64,000 bases of DNA from an uncultured Candidatus Saccharibacteria bacterium (lineage in GTDB: Bacteria > Patescibacteriota > Minisyncoccia > Phycocordibacterales > DAORIS01): NCBI GenBank assembly GCA_964644035.1, contig CAZXUH010000001.1, forward strand, positions 259,712 through 323,711, given 5' to 3'. Shown here one piece after another: positions 28,879-38,389 of the stretch (position 1 is its first letter; every line of letters begins with the position of its first letter). The notes under the pieces are model-generated. The model was not told the origin of the DNA. It did no database searches and was given only the letters and a program-made list of their open reading frames with translations. Made by a program: the position numbers and the translations under genes.

Positions 28879-30090
28879 CTAGGCGTTGATGAGAACGTCG
28901 AGGAACTTCTTAGCACCGTCTGCGAAGGTTTTGATACCTGCGAGATATGAGCTAAATACGTTCGTACCACGTCTGTCAGCAGTTACTCTCATGTCAACTT
29001 CCTTCAAATCTTGGATAACAAGATCAATTGCACCTTTCTTACCGAAGTAAGCGTGGATGAAGTTCTTGGACCAAGTGTTGTTGGTGTTCGTGAGAGTACC
29101 AGCGAGTGTCAAACGACCTGAACCTGTACCGACGAGGGTAGCAGTGTCAGATGCGGCTGAGCCGTTAGTTGCAGCAATTCGGAGAACATCACCAAGGATG
29201 ATCTGACTAGCTGTTGAAAGGGCTGTACCGTAAGTTGTCGTTGTACCCGGAGTGTTGATGAGAGCAACAATGTTTGCTCTTGCAGCATCAGCAGAACCTG
29301 AGATCAAGATAGAACCCGGAGTTGTCGTCAAAGTCGTGTTGAATGTGAATACAACACCACCAATTACAACTGTGTCACCATCTGTAGGTGTCTGTGGAAG
29401 GTAGAGATTAGCTTCACCAGTTAGGTTTTCAGAAACGTACATCTGTGCGTTTGATACGTCACCAGTGTAACCATTTTTGAATACTGAACCAGCAAGGTCA
29501 ATGTTCTTACCCAAGAGGTACTGAGCAATGTCAGCAGCAGCGTAAGAGTCAACTACGAAGGCAAGACTTGAGGTAATGTCTTGGTTGTTGAGTCTTCGTA
29601 GCTTTGCTGGCATACGAGTAACCATCTGAGGAACAGTTGTCGAGTTAAGAGTGATAGCTGTACCAGTTGAAGCTGTACCAGCAAGGTCACCATTATCGAA
29701 GTCATAAAGAGCGTTTGTGACTTCATAGAAGCAACGAGCATCGAGGTCAAGAGAAACTTTCTTTGCAATTTCTGCACCGATAGTTTCACCTGGATTCAAT
29801 GGACCAGCCTGTGTGACTTCACCATCTGAGATGTGGAAGACAGCTTCTTTTTCAAGGTTGATTGTAATAAGTTCACTTGTGTCGCTGATAGTATCAATTG
29901 TTGATGCTGAACCGCGAGTAACTGTGCGAACTCGGACGTTGGACATGTCGAATGCGACACGTTCAACTGACTCACCAAACTTAAGCGTAGGCTCAAATCG
30001 AGTGTTCATGATTGGCTTTGCAACAAGTACCTTCTGGAAAACTTCCTGGTACGCATTATCAAAGGCTTCTTTGTAAATAGAGAGAGACAT
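28879..30090 (-). CDS. Major capsid protein (P22 coat-like) with Thr/Gly-rich insertion
   Basis: Size and position after scaffold; internal PTDGDTVVIGGVVFTF beta-module. Confidence 0.8.
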   Translation of the reverse strand: MSLSIYKEAFDNAYQEVFQKVLVAKPIMNTRFEPTLKFGESVERVAFDMSNVRVRTVTRGSASTIDTISDTSELITINLEKEAVFHISDGEVTQAGPLNPGETIGAEIAKKVSLDLDARCFYEVTNALYDFDNGDLAGTASTGTAITLNSTTVPQMVTRMPAKLRRLNNQDITSSLAFVVDSYAAADIAQYLLGKNIDLAGSVFKNGYTGDVSNAQMYVSENLTGEANLYLPQTPTDGDTVVIGGVVFTFNTTLTTTPGSILISGSADAARANIVALINTPGTTTTYGTALSTASQIILGDVLRIAATNGSAASDTATLVGTGSGRLTLAGTLTNTNNTWSKNFIHAYFGKKGAIDLVIQDLKEVDMRVTADRRGTNVFSSYLAGIKTFADGAKKFLDVLINA

Positions 30091-30126
30091 TTAGGGATAT
30101 TTAATCTAATATCCCCGTTCTAAAGA

Positions 30127-30870
30127 TTAGTTAGAATTTTGTATTCGCTCAATCATAGTCTTGTTGTACTCCTTCTTGAGAGTTGGGTTTGCCATAATCT
30201 CACGATAGTAAGTAGGATCAGATTTTGCTTTGCGATAGTCAATACTTTCAGGCTCCTTTCCGCCTCCTGGGGTTGTTGTCTCTATAGTGCGCTTACCAGT
30301 GAGCATTTTGCTATAGGTTTTTTCAATAAGTTCTGGGAGAGTAAGTTTAGCGTTTTTAGGGTCAAGTGAGAGGCTTTTTATAACCTCTGGATCAACATAG
30401 TCTTTGTACTCAGTCATGTTCTCCATTGTTTTGGTGAAATGCCTTTCAAATACTTCGTCAATCTTTGCTTTCTTGTCCTTCTCTTTAAGAGGAGCTACCT
30501 CATTGTCGAGATCGGCTTTATACTTCCTTTCGAGTTTAGATTCCAGAGCACCAGTAAGCTTCCTAAGAAACTTTGGGTCTACATCAAACTCATCAGCGAG
30601 TGCGTCTATATCTTCTGATACTTCCTTATCGGGAGCACCTTCATCAATACGAGCTTTAAGTTCATTGAGTTCCTTAGTAAGGGCCTTTCGAGCCTTCTTT
30701 TCAGCTAAAAAAACACTTTCAGGAATCATATTAGGCTTCTCCTCCGGTTCTACCTTTGGGTTAGCCTTCTCAAGAACTTCGCCGATAGTTTCTTTTTTAT
30801 CTTCAGTGGAAACATCTGGAGCTATCTTCTTGTCCTCCGTAGCAGGAGTATTCTTAGCTTCATCAGCCAT
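30127..30870 (-). CDS. Scaffolding protein
   Basis: Highly charged helical protein, IPESVF..EKKARK motif, directly upstream of capsid. Confidence 0.75.
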   Translation of the reverse strand: MADEAKNTPATEDKKIAPDVSTEDKKETIGEVLEKANPKVEPEEKPNMIPESVFLAEKKARKALTKELNELKARIDEGAPDKEVSEDIDALADEFDVDPKFLRKLTGALESKLERKYKADLDNEVAPLKEKDKKAKIDEVFERHFTKTMENMTEYKDYVDPEVIKSLSLDPKNAKLTLPELIEKTYSKMLTGKRTIETTTPGGGKEPESIDYRKAKSDPTYYREIMANPTLKKEYNKTMIERIQNSN

Positions 30871-31010
30871 AGATTTTCACCTTTATTACACAGTGGCCTG
30901 TGGAGCTTTTTCACCCGAAGGTCCGTTTCTCAGACGTAATAGATTTGAGCATCCCTGCTCCCCGTAGTTAATATAATTATACCACAATTGGCACGAAAAT
31001 GAAAATTGCG

Positions 31011-31062
31011 GAGTAAGTTGCGATCCCCTCGGAACGGGGGGCGAGAGGACCACGACTTACCC
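31011..31062 (-). ncRNA. 21-bp RNA hairpin with CCCCCCGUUC loop at the 3' end of the portal operon
   Basis: GGGTAAGTCGTGGTCCTCTCG/CGAGGGGATCGCAACTTACTC stem with four G-U pairs valid only on the - strand and one mismatch; T-rich tail follows. Confidence 0.7.
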
Positions 31063-31067
31063 AACAA

Positions 31068-31400
31068 TTATTCTTCGTTGAGTATCTTTTCTAGAGCAAT
31101 GAGTGCTCCTTCTTTATTCTTCTTTGCGTTAGTGAGTGACCGATATATATTTAAACGCTCTGTGAGAGTTGCACAGGCTGCCATAAGCTCTGCATGCGAG
31201 GCTGTTTTGTACTTATTAAGAGAGCCGATAGCGGATAGAATATCCAGTCTAAGTGATTCAAGTATGACCTTCCCCCCATCAGTGGACGCTAGGACCGCTA
31301 AAGGTTCATATCGGTCCAAGTCATCCGTAACAGCTCTGACACTCTCGTTTTCTACGAGATCGGGACGCTTAGACTTTACCCTCTGTATTGCTTTCGTCAT
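31068..31400 (-). CDS. Hypothetical head-region protein
   Basis: 110 aa between portal and scaffold, STDGGKVIL motif. Confidence 0.7.
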   Translation of the reverse strand: MTKAIQRVKSKRPDLVENESVRAVTDDLDRYEPLAVLASTDGGKVILESLRLDILSAIGSLNKYKTASHAELMAACATLTERLNIYRSLTNAKKNKEGALIALEKILNEE

Positions 31401-31800
31401 TAGTTTCGAGGTCCTTCAAGTTGATTACGACCCCGCACTGCTTAGTGATCTCTTGCTTCTCAAGCTCTGACTGATCCAAAGCTTCTTGTAGTTGTTTTTT
31501 CTTTATTTCACATGCCCGTGCAAATGCAAAAGACTCTTGGTACATGTGTACTGTGAAACGATCCTGCTCTGTCATCTCAAGAACAAAGGGGTGATTATCA
31601 GCAATGTTCTGCATAGTTGCCTTCCTGATCTCAATCATTCCATCGAGTTCTCTGAGGTTCTTCCTATTAACATTTTCAGCCGCTTCGATTTCAGCCATTG
31701 TGAACTTAGCTGATATACCTTTCTTTTCAATTATGTTTAGTTTCGGATCCTCAGGGTTCTTTTCTACCACTGTATATTCGTATTGTTCGTGATTTGTCAT
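31369..31800 (-). CDS. Hypothetical coiled-coil phage protein
   Basis: ORF tightly packed after portal. Confidence 0.7.
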   Translation of the reverse strand: MTNHEQYEYTVVEKNPEDPKLNIIEKKGISAKFTMAEIEAAENVNRKNLRELDGMIEIRKATMQNIADNHPFVLEMTEQDRFTVHMYQESFAFARACEIKKKQLQEALDQSELEKQEITKQCGVVINLKDLETNDESNTEGKV

Positions 31801-31802
31801 TA

Positions 31803-33716
31803 CTACATTCTTACTTTATTACTAAAAATATCCTGCCCCGGTGCTACAGGTTTTGTAGGTTGTACTGGAGCTGCGGCTGCTGCCATACGTTGTCGAGCAA
31901 TAGCCTCGTTCATCTTTCTCACCATGTTCTGCATGATGACTGGCTCAAGAGCCTGTACATATGCAGCCATGAGAGCAAACTGGTCCTCATCAATGTCCTC
32001 TTGGTGATCCTGCATGTAGTCAACAAACTTCTGTTTGTATGCAGTGTTTGCCATTCTGTTAGGTTCAATTGACTTTCCATCAAGGAGAGATTCAATATCC
32101 CTTTCAGCCTCTGACATAAGCTGTGCATCACCAAACTCTGACGTGTCCATAAGTTCTTTAATTTCGTCCTCACTGAAACCTGCTATATTTGCACCAATTT
32201 CATACGACTTCTTTGGACTCTGTATTGGATTCATTAGGTTGTTTGTGAGATAGGTCATCTTAGTTCGCTTGTCTCCAAGTGACATTTGCAATTCGGCATC
32301 AGATGCTTCGATCATCACACCAAATTGGTCATCCTTTCTGAAAATATCTCGCTTTGATACCATCTCAACTTCCACACCTTCTGGACCAAGAATGTCCACT
32401 GCCACCTTCTTATTTAAATGTTCTCGTACTCCCCATTCATAGAGCTTTGCAAATCGTTTGTATCCAAATGAATACGATTTATTGAGCAGTCCGAAACGAT
32501 CAGCAGTATTGGCTTGGTTACCCTCGTAAATACCAACTTTCTCCTCACCAGCTACACCCTTAGATGCGGCCGTAATACCAGAAGCCTTTTCTTGAATACC
32601 TTCCAAAGCTTCGAAGACTTTGAGAGGAGTATCGATTGATGGGACAGTTACTAACTGGAGTGCTTTATTAACATCGAAATCACCCTTTACCTTGATGTAT
32701 CCATCACGTCTGTATTTAACTTCGGCTAGGTTCTCAATTGCTGAAACATTTATCAATTTCTGAGGCTTGTTAACACGTTCTGCGTTATCAAGCATTTGGT
32801 TGATCGATACATGCTGTGCCATGAATATTTCACGTACATAATCGCAATATGAAGGGGTCCAAAATTCTGTAAGGTCTGGAAATGCTGCCCATGACCAGTA
32901 AGGCCATAGACTAGAACCGAAGACATCTTCAAGCTTCTCAACCCGAATAGCACGTGCGCCTGTTTCTTGGAGAAGAAGATAGTATCTCTGTCCTTCGTAT
33001 GTTGTGAACCACCTCCAGAACTTAAACTTGTCTGTGTCTTCAATCTGTTTCTCTGAAACCGTATTCTGACCATATGACCTTGAAAGCTTGTTGGTTTCTT
33101 CCGGACTAGATTCAGTTGAGTTACCTGAACCTTCCATTAATTCCTCAGTTTCAGTCTTTAGGAATACTTTATCCTTTATACCTTTCTTGAGTTCCGAACG
33201 GTCCAAGACGACACCATAGTCGCCCATGTTTCGGGCCTTTTCCATATCAATACCTCCACCAGAAGGATCAATAAGGAAGTCGTAAACGTCAGAGTTATTT
33301 AAATGAGCTGCATATTGGCCATCAATCGAATCTGCATAGTATGAATAGATTGCACGGCCGTATATTACAGCCTGCTTCTTTCCTACAAGGTCCTTAATAT
33401 CCCAATCGTCCTTCTGCTGGTCAACGATCCGGAGAGCGTTAAGTCTTTGAGCACGTCTTAATTGTGATTCCTTTCGCTTAGTGAATTTGAATACAAGAGG
33501 TTCGTCTATCTTTGAGAGAAGACTGTGTACGAACTCTTGCATCCTTCCCAAGTCTACATTCGCTACTGATTCAGTAGAAGTTTCCTTCTTTCCGTAGTAA
33601 AGATTCTCATTTTTTCTCCAATTCGATACCTTTCCCTGCTTGTAGGTACGGTCAAATTGAATCTCTTGCAGTGCTTGAGCTACTATTTTGTCTCGGAGGG
33701 TTTTGTTGATCGCCAT
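31803..33716 (-). CDS. Portal protein (P22-like)
   Basis: 637 aa after terminase; DFLIDP, INQMLDN, SGIT motifs; Q/A-rich tail. Confidence 0.85.
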   Translation of the reverse strand: MAINKTLRDKIVAQALQEIQFDRTYKQGKVSNWRKNENLYYGKKETSTESVANVDLGRMQEFVHSLLSKIDEPLVFKFTKRKESQLRRAQRLNALRIVDQQKDDWDIKDLVGKKQAVIYGRAIYSYYADSIDGQYAAHLNNSDVYDFLIDPSGGGIDMEKARNMGDYGVVLDRSELKKGIKDKVFLKTETEELMEGSGNSTESSPEETNKLSRSYGQNTVSEKQIEDTDKFKFWRWFTTYEGQRYYLLLQETGARAIRVEKLEDVFGSSLWPYWSWAAFPDLTEFWTPSYCDYVREIFMAQHVSINQMLDNAERVNKPQKLINVSAIENLAEVKYRRDGYIKVKGDFDVNKALQLVTVPSIDTPLKVFEALEGIQEKASGITAASKGVAGEEKVGIYEGNQANTADRFGLLNKSYSFGYKRFAKLYEWGVREHLNKKVAVDILGPEGVEVEMVSKRDIFRKDDQFGVMIEASDAELQMSLGDKRTKMTYLTNNLMNPIQSPKKSYEIGANIAGFSEDEIKELMDTSEFGDAQLMSEAERDIESLLDGKSIEPNRMANTAYKQKFVDYMQDHQEDIDEDQFALMAAYVQALEPVIMQNMVRKMNEAIARQRMAAAAAPVQPTKPVAPGQDIFSNKVRM

Positions 33717-33786
33717 TTAGTGAACCCCCGTCCACTTCTTGCGTAATTACTATTAATTATACCACATTTTTTACTTTAAATCACGC

Positions 33787-35265
33787 TTAAATACCTATAT
33801 CTGGGTACAAAGGCTTGTCTTCCACATAATCATCAACGATTTTGTATGGCGGTTCAGCAATTTGTAACTGATATGCAAGTGAATCAGCACAGTCGTCATG
33901 TACTCCCTTGGGAAAGCGTAGTAATTCACCCTCTAGATCGCTTGTTTTGCCCTCTAGGTGATAGATATGACCCGCTTCGTACTTAGGTATAAGACCTCGA
34001 ATGCGAGTTTCTTTCATTATTCCACCGTGCTTGAGCTTTACAATGTATGGATACTTATTCCTGACCCGACATTCATCTTGGAAGAATGGTTCTACCGCTT
34101 GAGTGAACGCACCTTCTTCAATTCCAATCTTCTCAAACCCATCATCATGAAACTGGAAGATCAGGTCCACTAAAGACTTGGAGTTAATCTTGTACTGACG
34201 TGATTCGATATTCCAATCGTTAGCTTCAGTGACATAGTTCTTGGTGATACCTGTATTATCTGAATCAGCATTACGAGTGAGAGCCGAATCGATTGTAACG
34301 AACTTACGAAGACGCATATCCTTAAGGTCCTCAAGTTTTCTCACCTTCCAGTCCTTCTTATGGAACTCCTGTGTTGCTTCATCTATGGGTTGATTCATCA
34401 TTTCTGCACTGAATACCTGTGAGCCAAGCTGACGCTTCTTGTCCTCAAGTGATACTTTATTGGTTAACCTTGCTTCCTCGTCAGTCATAGCATACTTGGC
34501 TGGCCATGTGGGTTGTCCATCTTTAATGACTGGTACGGACCGGATCAATAGCCTATGGTCCGTCTTAGCCCGATCAATAAGAGTTTGGATTGAACCGTAT
34601 TCAGTGATGTAGTTACCGAGGTATAGGACTAGAGCAGTGGAATCTAGACCTGCTTTGAACTCATCAATATGTTTTATGACTTGCTCAGTATATGCTTTAG
34701 AATCCTTTGTTTTGTTCGTCTCGAAGTCGTCGAGTAATAGGAAATCAGGTCTTTGCTCAGCGTGTAAGCGTCCTCGAACAGATTCTTGGGTAGAATGAGC
34801 TTCGACTCGGACCCCGTTGTTGGTGAGGAAGTTGTTAACTCTTTTTTGTGTGATCTCGTCAGGGTTTTTCTTTGCATTGAATAGCTCACCAAAGTCTGAC
34901 TTAATCAGATCGTTGGTTTGGAGTTCCAGTACTATGTCGAATAGGATACGTTCAGCATTCTCCTTATCAAACGAGTCCACGTTCACGTACTTACGCTTCT
35001 TGTAGAGGATGATCCATGTCAGTAATCCCTTAGAGAGTGATGTCTTAGCTGATTCACGGAACATAATCCATGCAGCCTCACGATACTTGCCATCGAACAA
35101 GTCCTTAACATCCCCAAACATTTCGTAGTGGAAGGGAGCGTAGGGGTACTTAACGTATTTGAGAAAGTAGTAGCAGAAGAACAATGAGAAATCCTTTGAG
35201 CATAGGTATCTTCGCTCCTCTGGTGTGCCGTTTATTACCCGATCTAGTGCTGCTTTATTTATCAT
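33787..35265 (-). CDS. terL: Terminase large subunit
   Basis: FRESAKTS Walker A variant, LLLDD Walker B, EMMNQP, nuclease IDSA...IGIE...FPKGVHDDCADS. Confidence 0.93.
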   Translation of the reverse strand: MINKAALDRVINGTPEERRYLCSKDFSLFFCYYFLKYVKYPYAPFHYEMFGDVKDLFDGKYREAAWIMFRESAKTSLSKGLLTWIILYKKRKYVNVDSFDKENAERILFDIVLELQTNDLIKSDFGELFNAKKNPDEITQKRVNNFLTNNGVRVEAHSTQESVRGRLHAEQRPDFLLLDDFETNKTKDSKAYTEQVIKHIDEFKAGLDSTALVLYLGNYITEYGSIQTLIDRAKTDHRLLIRSVPVIKDGQPTWPAKYAMTDEEARLTNKVSLEDKKRQLGSQVFSAEMMNQPIDEATQEFHKKDWKVRKLEDLKDMRLRKFVTIDSALTRNADSDNTGITKNYVTEANDWNIESRQYKINSKSLVDLIFQFHDDGFEKIGIEEGAFTQAVEPFFQDECRVRNKYPYIVKLKHGGIMKETRIRGLIPKYEAGHIYHLEGKTSDLEGELLRFPKGVHDDCADSLAYQLQIAEPPYKIVDDYVEDKPLYPDIGI

Positions 35266-35549
35266 AATGCAAGCTTGCGCATATCCTCCAAGTGCTTCTC
35301 AGTCGCTTCAAGTTTCCCTTCAAGATAGCCTTGTTTTGGTTTGATACCAATATTATTAAGAGCATCAGCAAATACTTGTAATTGATCTAGTGTCAATTCA
35401 AGCGTTGGTTTTGATACCGCCACACCACGATGAACAGTCTCGCCGTCAAGAAACTCTACCTTTTCACCTATCTCACGAAATATGTACACATCTTTAGTGA
35501 GTTTGTACCCACTGTCTACAATTTTTATGTTCCATTCATTATTGTTCAT
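35262..35549 (-). CDS. Hypothetical phage protein
   Basis: ORF overlapping terL start; GKLEATEKHLEDMRKL motif. Confidence 0.65.
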   Translation of the reverse strand: MNNNEWNIKIVDSGYKLTKDVYIFREIGEKVEFLDGETVHRGVAVSKPTLELTLDQLQVFADALNNIGIKPKQGYLEGKLEATEKHLEDMRKLAL

Positions 35550-35623
35550 ATTGTGCTGGTACTGAGAATTGAACTCAGTCTCACTGTTTGGAAAACAGTA
35601 GTGCTGCCGTAACACTTCACCAA

Positions 35624-35827
35624 CTATGCATAGTAAACTCCCTTAGTCGCCTTCTTGTTTGATTTCCAATTCCTTATCTTTCTTTGGACTTTATGAGCCA
35701 TACGAACGCCATGCTTTCTAACATACTTGCATTGAGTGCAATGACAAACACCGAGGGGGTTTCCCCTTCCTTGTGGTCTACCCTTCATAGGCTTCGACTT
35801 TGGGTTGTGTGCAATCGTTCTACTCAT
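35624..35827 (-). CDS. Small basic protein with CHCxxC motif
   Basis: 67 aa, K/R-rich, starts 2 nt after the tRNA discriminator base. Confidence 0.45.
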   Translation of the reverse strand: MSRTIAHNPKSKPMKGRPQGRGNPLGVCHCTQCKYVRKHGVRMAHKVQRKIRNWKSNKKATKGVYYA

Positions 35828-35828
35828 G

Positions 35829-35900
35829 CGGGACCTGTGGGATTTGCACCCACAACCGCTTAATCGACAATCAAGTGCTCCACTGTTGAGCTAAGGTCCC
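35829..35900 (-). tRNA. tRNA-Asp(GTC), phage-encoded, variant T-loop (TGCAAAT), no encoded CCA
   Basis: Acceptor GGGACCT/AGGTCCC+G, D-arm GCTC/GAGC, anticodon arm CTTGA-TTGTCGA-TTAAG, T-arm GTGGG/CCCAC. Confidence 0.85.
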
Positions 35901-35976
35901 TAACACAGTGCGTTTCAGCATCTATAACGCACAAACTGTTTTCAGTGTACCGCCATGATATTTCAGACGCTCTTTG

Positions 35977-36139
35977 TGAAGATAGCGAGGATTTGACAAG
36001 TTGCAAACTACTTTCTAAGGTGGGCATCGCTCCCACTGCCTACTTGTATAGTCACCTCGCATGATTGGCTCACCACGGAACGGCATACCAATCTCTGTCC
36101 GTTTACCCCATAGCGTCTACACTTTTCCGCCATATCTTC
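35977..36139 (-). ncRNA. Expanded tRNA-like RNA (163 nt)
   Basis: Acceptor GAAGATA/TATCTTC+A, Leu-type D-arm TGGCGGAA..GTAGACGC, T-stem GCGAGG/CCTCGC with split TG...CAAAT loop; no normal anticodon arm. Confidence 0.6.
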
Positions 36140-36204
36140 ACAGAAAGCACCTAAATGAACTGATGGGGAGGTTCCTACCTTTAGAAGATGTTGCTGGTTA
36201 CCCA

Positions 36205-36288
36205 TGCAGCAACCGGACTCGAACCGGTATTACTCCCCCCATCAAATCACTTACATGTTCATGGACAGTTGGGGAAAAGGAGTACTGC
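36205..36288 (-). ncRNA. D-armless tRNA-like element
   Basis: GCAGTA/TGCTGC+A acceptor, canonical ACCGG-TTCGAGT-CCGGT T-arm, single long arm between. Confidence 0.5.
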
Positions 36289-36487
36289 TCTCTTTAGAAA
36301 GGACTAATATGAGACTTAGTGCACCTATCTCTCAAAGCCAAGCCGTTCCCCCAACAATCCACGAAAGAGAAGCAGAGAGGGAAAGGGTAGTAAATCGCTA
36401 CGCAAGTTTTTTAAGCCTACCCCTGCTTACTATAAGTATTATTTGCGTAATAATTTAACCACAATAAGGATTCCCCTCCCTACTTCC

Positions 36488-37045
36488 CTATCCAAGTAAC
36501 TGATCCAGTCGCTGCCTTTCTTCCTCAGATAGGCCAGTAACTTTAATCTCCTTCCTTTCGATAACACGATTTTTAACCTTGTTGTACTCTGATATAGCTC
36601 TCATCTTTGAACCTAGGTCCCTATTCTGCAAAATCACTTTTGATATTTCTGCATCAACGTTGTGATCGGTCAGCATCTCATTGAGCAACACACTTAGTCT
36701 TTGGTCAATCTTGGGATTTCTTAGAAGCTTACTGGCCCCAGAAGCACATATATTACACATAACATCATAGGTAGATGGTCGAACGAGCTTTCGCTTCTTA
36801 GATGCCTTAACTGGTTCATCTAATTCAGAATCAGCATAGTCTTCACCCTCTACTTCATCTACTACAAACTCATACTCGGCGTCATTTCTGTTGGCACTAT
36901 CAAGGTCATAGCCATAGGCCTCAGCATACGAGAGCGTCCCATTGCCAAATAACTCAGTGTTCTGTGTGTAGAAACGACAAAAGGCCTCTTGCTTGAGAGT
37001 CAGTTCGTCGCCTATTTTGTTTTCATCTATGAGTAGTTCAGTCAT
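36488..37045 (-). CDS. terS: Terminase small subunit
   Basis: LTLKQEAFCRFY..GNGTLSYAEAYGY...ASKLLRNPKI. Confidence 0.88.
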   Translation of the reverse strand: MTELLIDENKIGDELTLKQEAFCRFYTQNTELFGNGTLSYAEAYGYDLDSANRNDAEYEFVVDEVEGEDYADSELDEPVKASKKRKLVRPSTYDVMCNICASGASKLLRNPKIDQRLSVLLNEMLTDHNVDAEISKVILQNRDLGSKMRAISEYNKVKNRVIERKEIKVTGLSEEERQRLDQLLG

Positions 37046-37310
37046 GTTTTACTAAGTTGTTGTCTACGATTACTTGGAATAAGGCGTTTGATAGGAACTC
37101 AATTCGTTCCTCAGTGAAGTTGTGGTTGATTGCATGTAGGACTTCATGTATGACTGTCTCAAGCTTCTGGCTCTCTGGTAGGTCATCTCTAATGAGTATC
37201 GTATTGCGGCTTCGGTTGATTTCACCACAGTTTCCATTGATCTTCTCAGAATCAACGAGTTCTACTTTATATACGTGACCACCGATCTTAAGTGTTTCTG
37301 GTATTACCAT
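37038..37310 (-). CDS. Small HExxH zinc metallopeptidase-like phage protein
   Basis: IPETLKIGGHVYKV...ETVIHEVLHAI. Confidence 0.8.
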   Translation of the reverse strand: MVIPETLKIGGHVYKVELVDSEKINGNCGEINRSRNTILIRDDLPESQKLETVIHEVLHAINHNFTEERIEFLSNALFQVIVDNNLVKHD

Positions 37311-37311
37311 G

Positions 37312-37632
37312 TTATTTTTTGTTAAGTGCTAACCAGAATTTTGCAACTGCAACATCTAGATTTGGGTCAAAGATAAAAACTTTCCAATCAAGAGGATTTA
37401 GACTTCCTTCTGTATCTTGGCCAACAATCCATCCATCTTCACCCTTATAGCTTCCTTGTCGTATTGTCCATAAATTCTCCCCACATGCTTCTATAAGCTC
37501 TGAGAGAGTTGGATAAGAAAGCTGTTCGACATCTTTAGGAGTATTAAGAATTTCATTCTGAAAATAAATCCTTAGTGGGTCTTGAGGGTAGCCAGAATCT
37601 TTAAGTTGTTTTGCGAGTTCGTAAGTTACCAT
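37312..37632 (-). CDS. Hypothetical phage protein
   Basis: YELAKQLKDSGYPQ...PTLSELIEACG pattern. Confidence 0.7.
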   Translation of the reverse strand: MVTYELAKQLKDSGYPQDPLRIYFQNEILNTPKDVEQLSYPTLSELIEACGENLWTIRQGSYKGEDGWIVGQDTEGSLNPLDWKVFIFDPNLDVAVAKFWLALNKK

Positions 37633-38246
37633 ATAATTGATTTATTATGTTGAGCTATTACCGAAGTATCTGCGTATGCTTTGAATCCTAGGCCAATAGC
37701 TTTAGCTATGAAGTGTGTGTCTTCCCCCATGAATATATCTTTGCCTCTGTCATCCTTGTAGAGGAAGCGATACCAAGGCTTAGGCATTTTTTCAAAGACT
37801 GCTCTTTTAATGAGAACACATGAGCCACCGCATCCTTTGATCTGAATTAGCCCTACATTTGGCTCAGTGAACTTGTCATTCATATCCACAGCATTCCATT
37901 TCTTGTAGTAGCCATTTGATTCATTCTTCCTGTTAGCATCGTGCTCTATGATGGGGGTAATGCCTGAGACAATATCCTTATCATGCGAGAGTAGTTTATA
38001 GAGTGCATCCATAGGCGGAATCGTATCTGAGTCTATAAAGAACAGGTGTGTGCAGTCTGATTGAAGAAACTGTTCAACGATCTCGTTACGGGCATTGTCT
38101 ACCGGACACACTGCCATCGTAGGATATATGGACATATTTATATCTCCTTTCAATTGAGCTTGGGCCATCCACTGTAGGACGGTCATAGCAAGAAAAGTAT
38201 GCATACTTCCCATTGTGGGGATTCCTATGAGTATCTTTGGCTTCAT
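37626..38246 (-). CDS. GT-A fold glycosyltransferase
   Basis: ILIGIPT, VDNARNEIV, THLFFIDSD, GGSCVLIKRAVF, GEDTHF. Confidence 0.85.
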   Translation of the reverse strand: MKPKILIGIPTMGSMHTFLAMTVLQWMAQAQLKGDINMSIYPTMAVCPVDNARNEIVEQFLQSDCTHLFFIDSDTIPPMDALYKLLSHDKDIVSGITPIIEHDANRKNESNGYYKKWNAVDMNDKFTEPNVGLIQIKGCGGSCVLIKRAVFEKMPKPWYRFLYKDDRGKDIFMGEDTHFIAKAIGLGFKAYADTSVIAQHNKSIIW

Positions 38247-38389
38247 GACATTTTGTGACGTAGATTCCACGGGGTTCTTTTATATATTTTCTTAGACCTC
38301 CTAAATATTGCGTTGGTAAATTCGATTCCCCTTGCTTGGCATAGTGCTTTAATAGTTTGTCGCAAAGCTTTTGATTTTTTCTCGCTCAT
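38243..38389 (-). CDS. Small basic protein, 48 aa (MSEKKSKALRQTIK...)
   Basis: Manually read; fills the gap exactly, ATGA overlap with next gene. Confidence 0.55.
   Translation of the reverse strand: MSEKKSKALRQTIKALCQARGIEFTNAIFRRSKKIYKRTPWNLRHKMS

Noticed and set aside
36008-36458. Short ORFs at 36008-36205, 36061-36297, 36204-36458 and 45611-45835
   Set aside because: No motifs or start context; they overlap tRNA-like/structured elements and are likely spurious.
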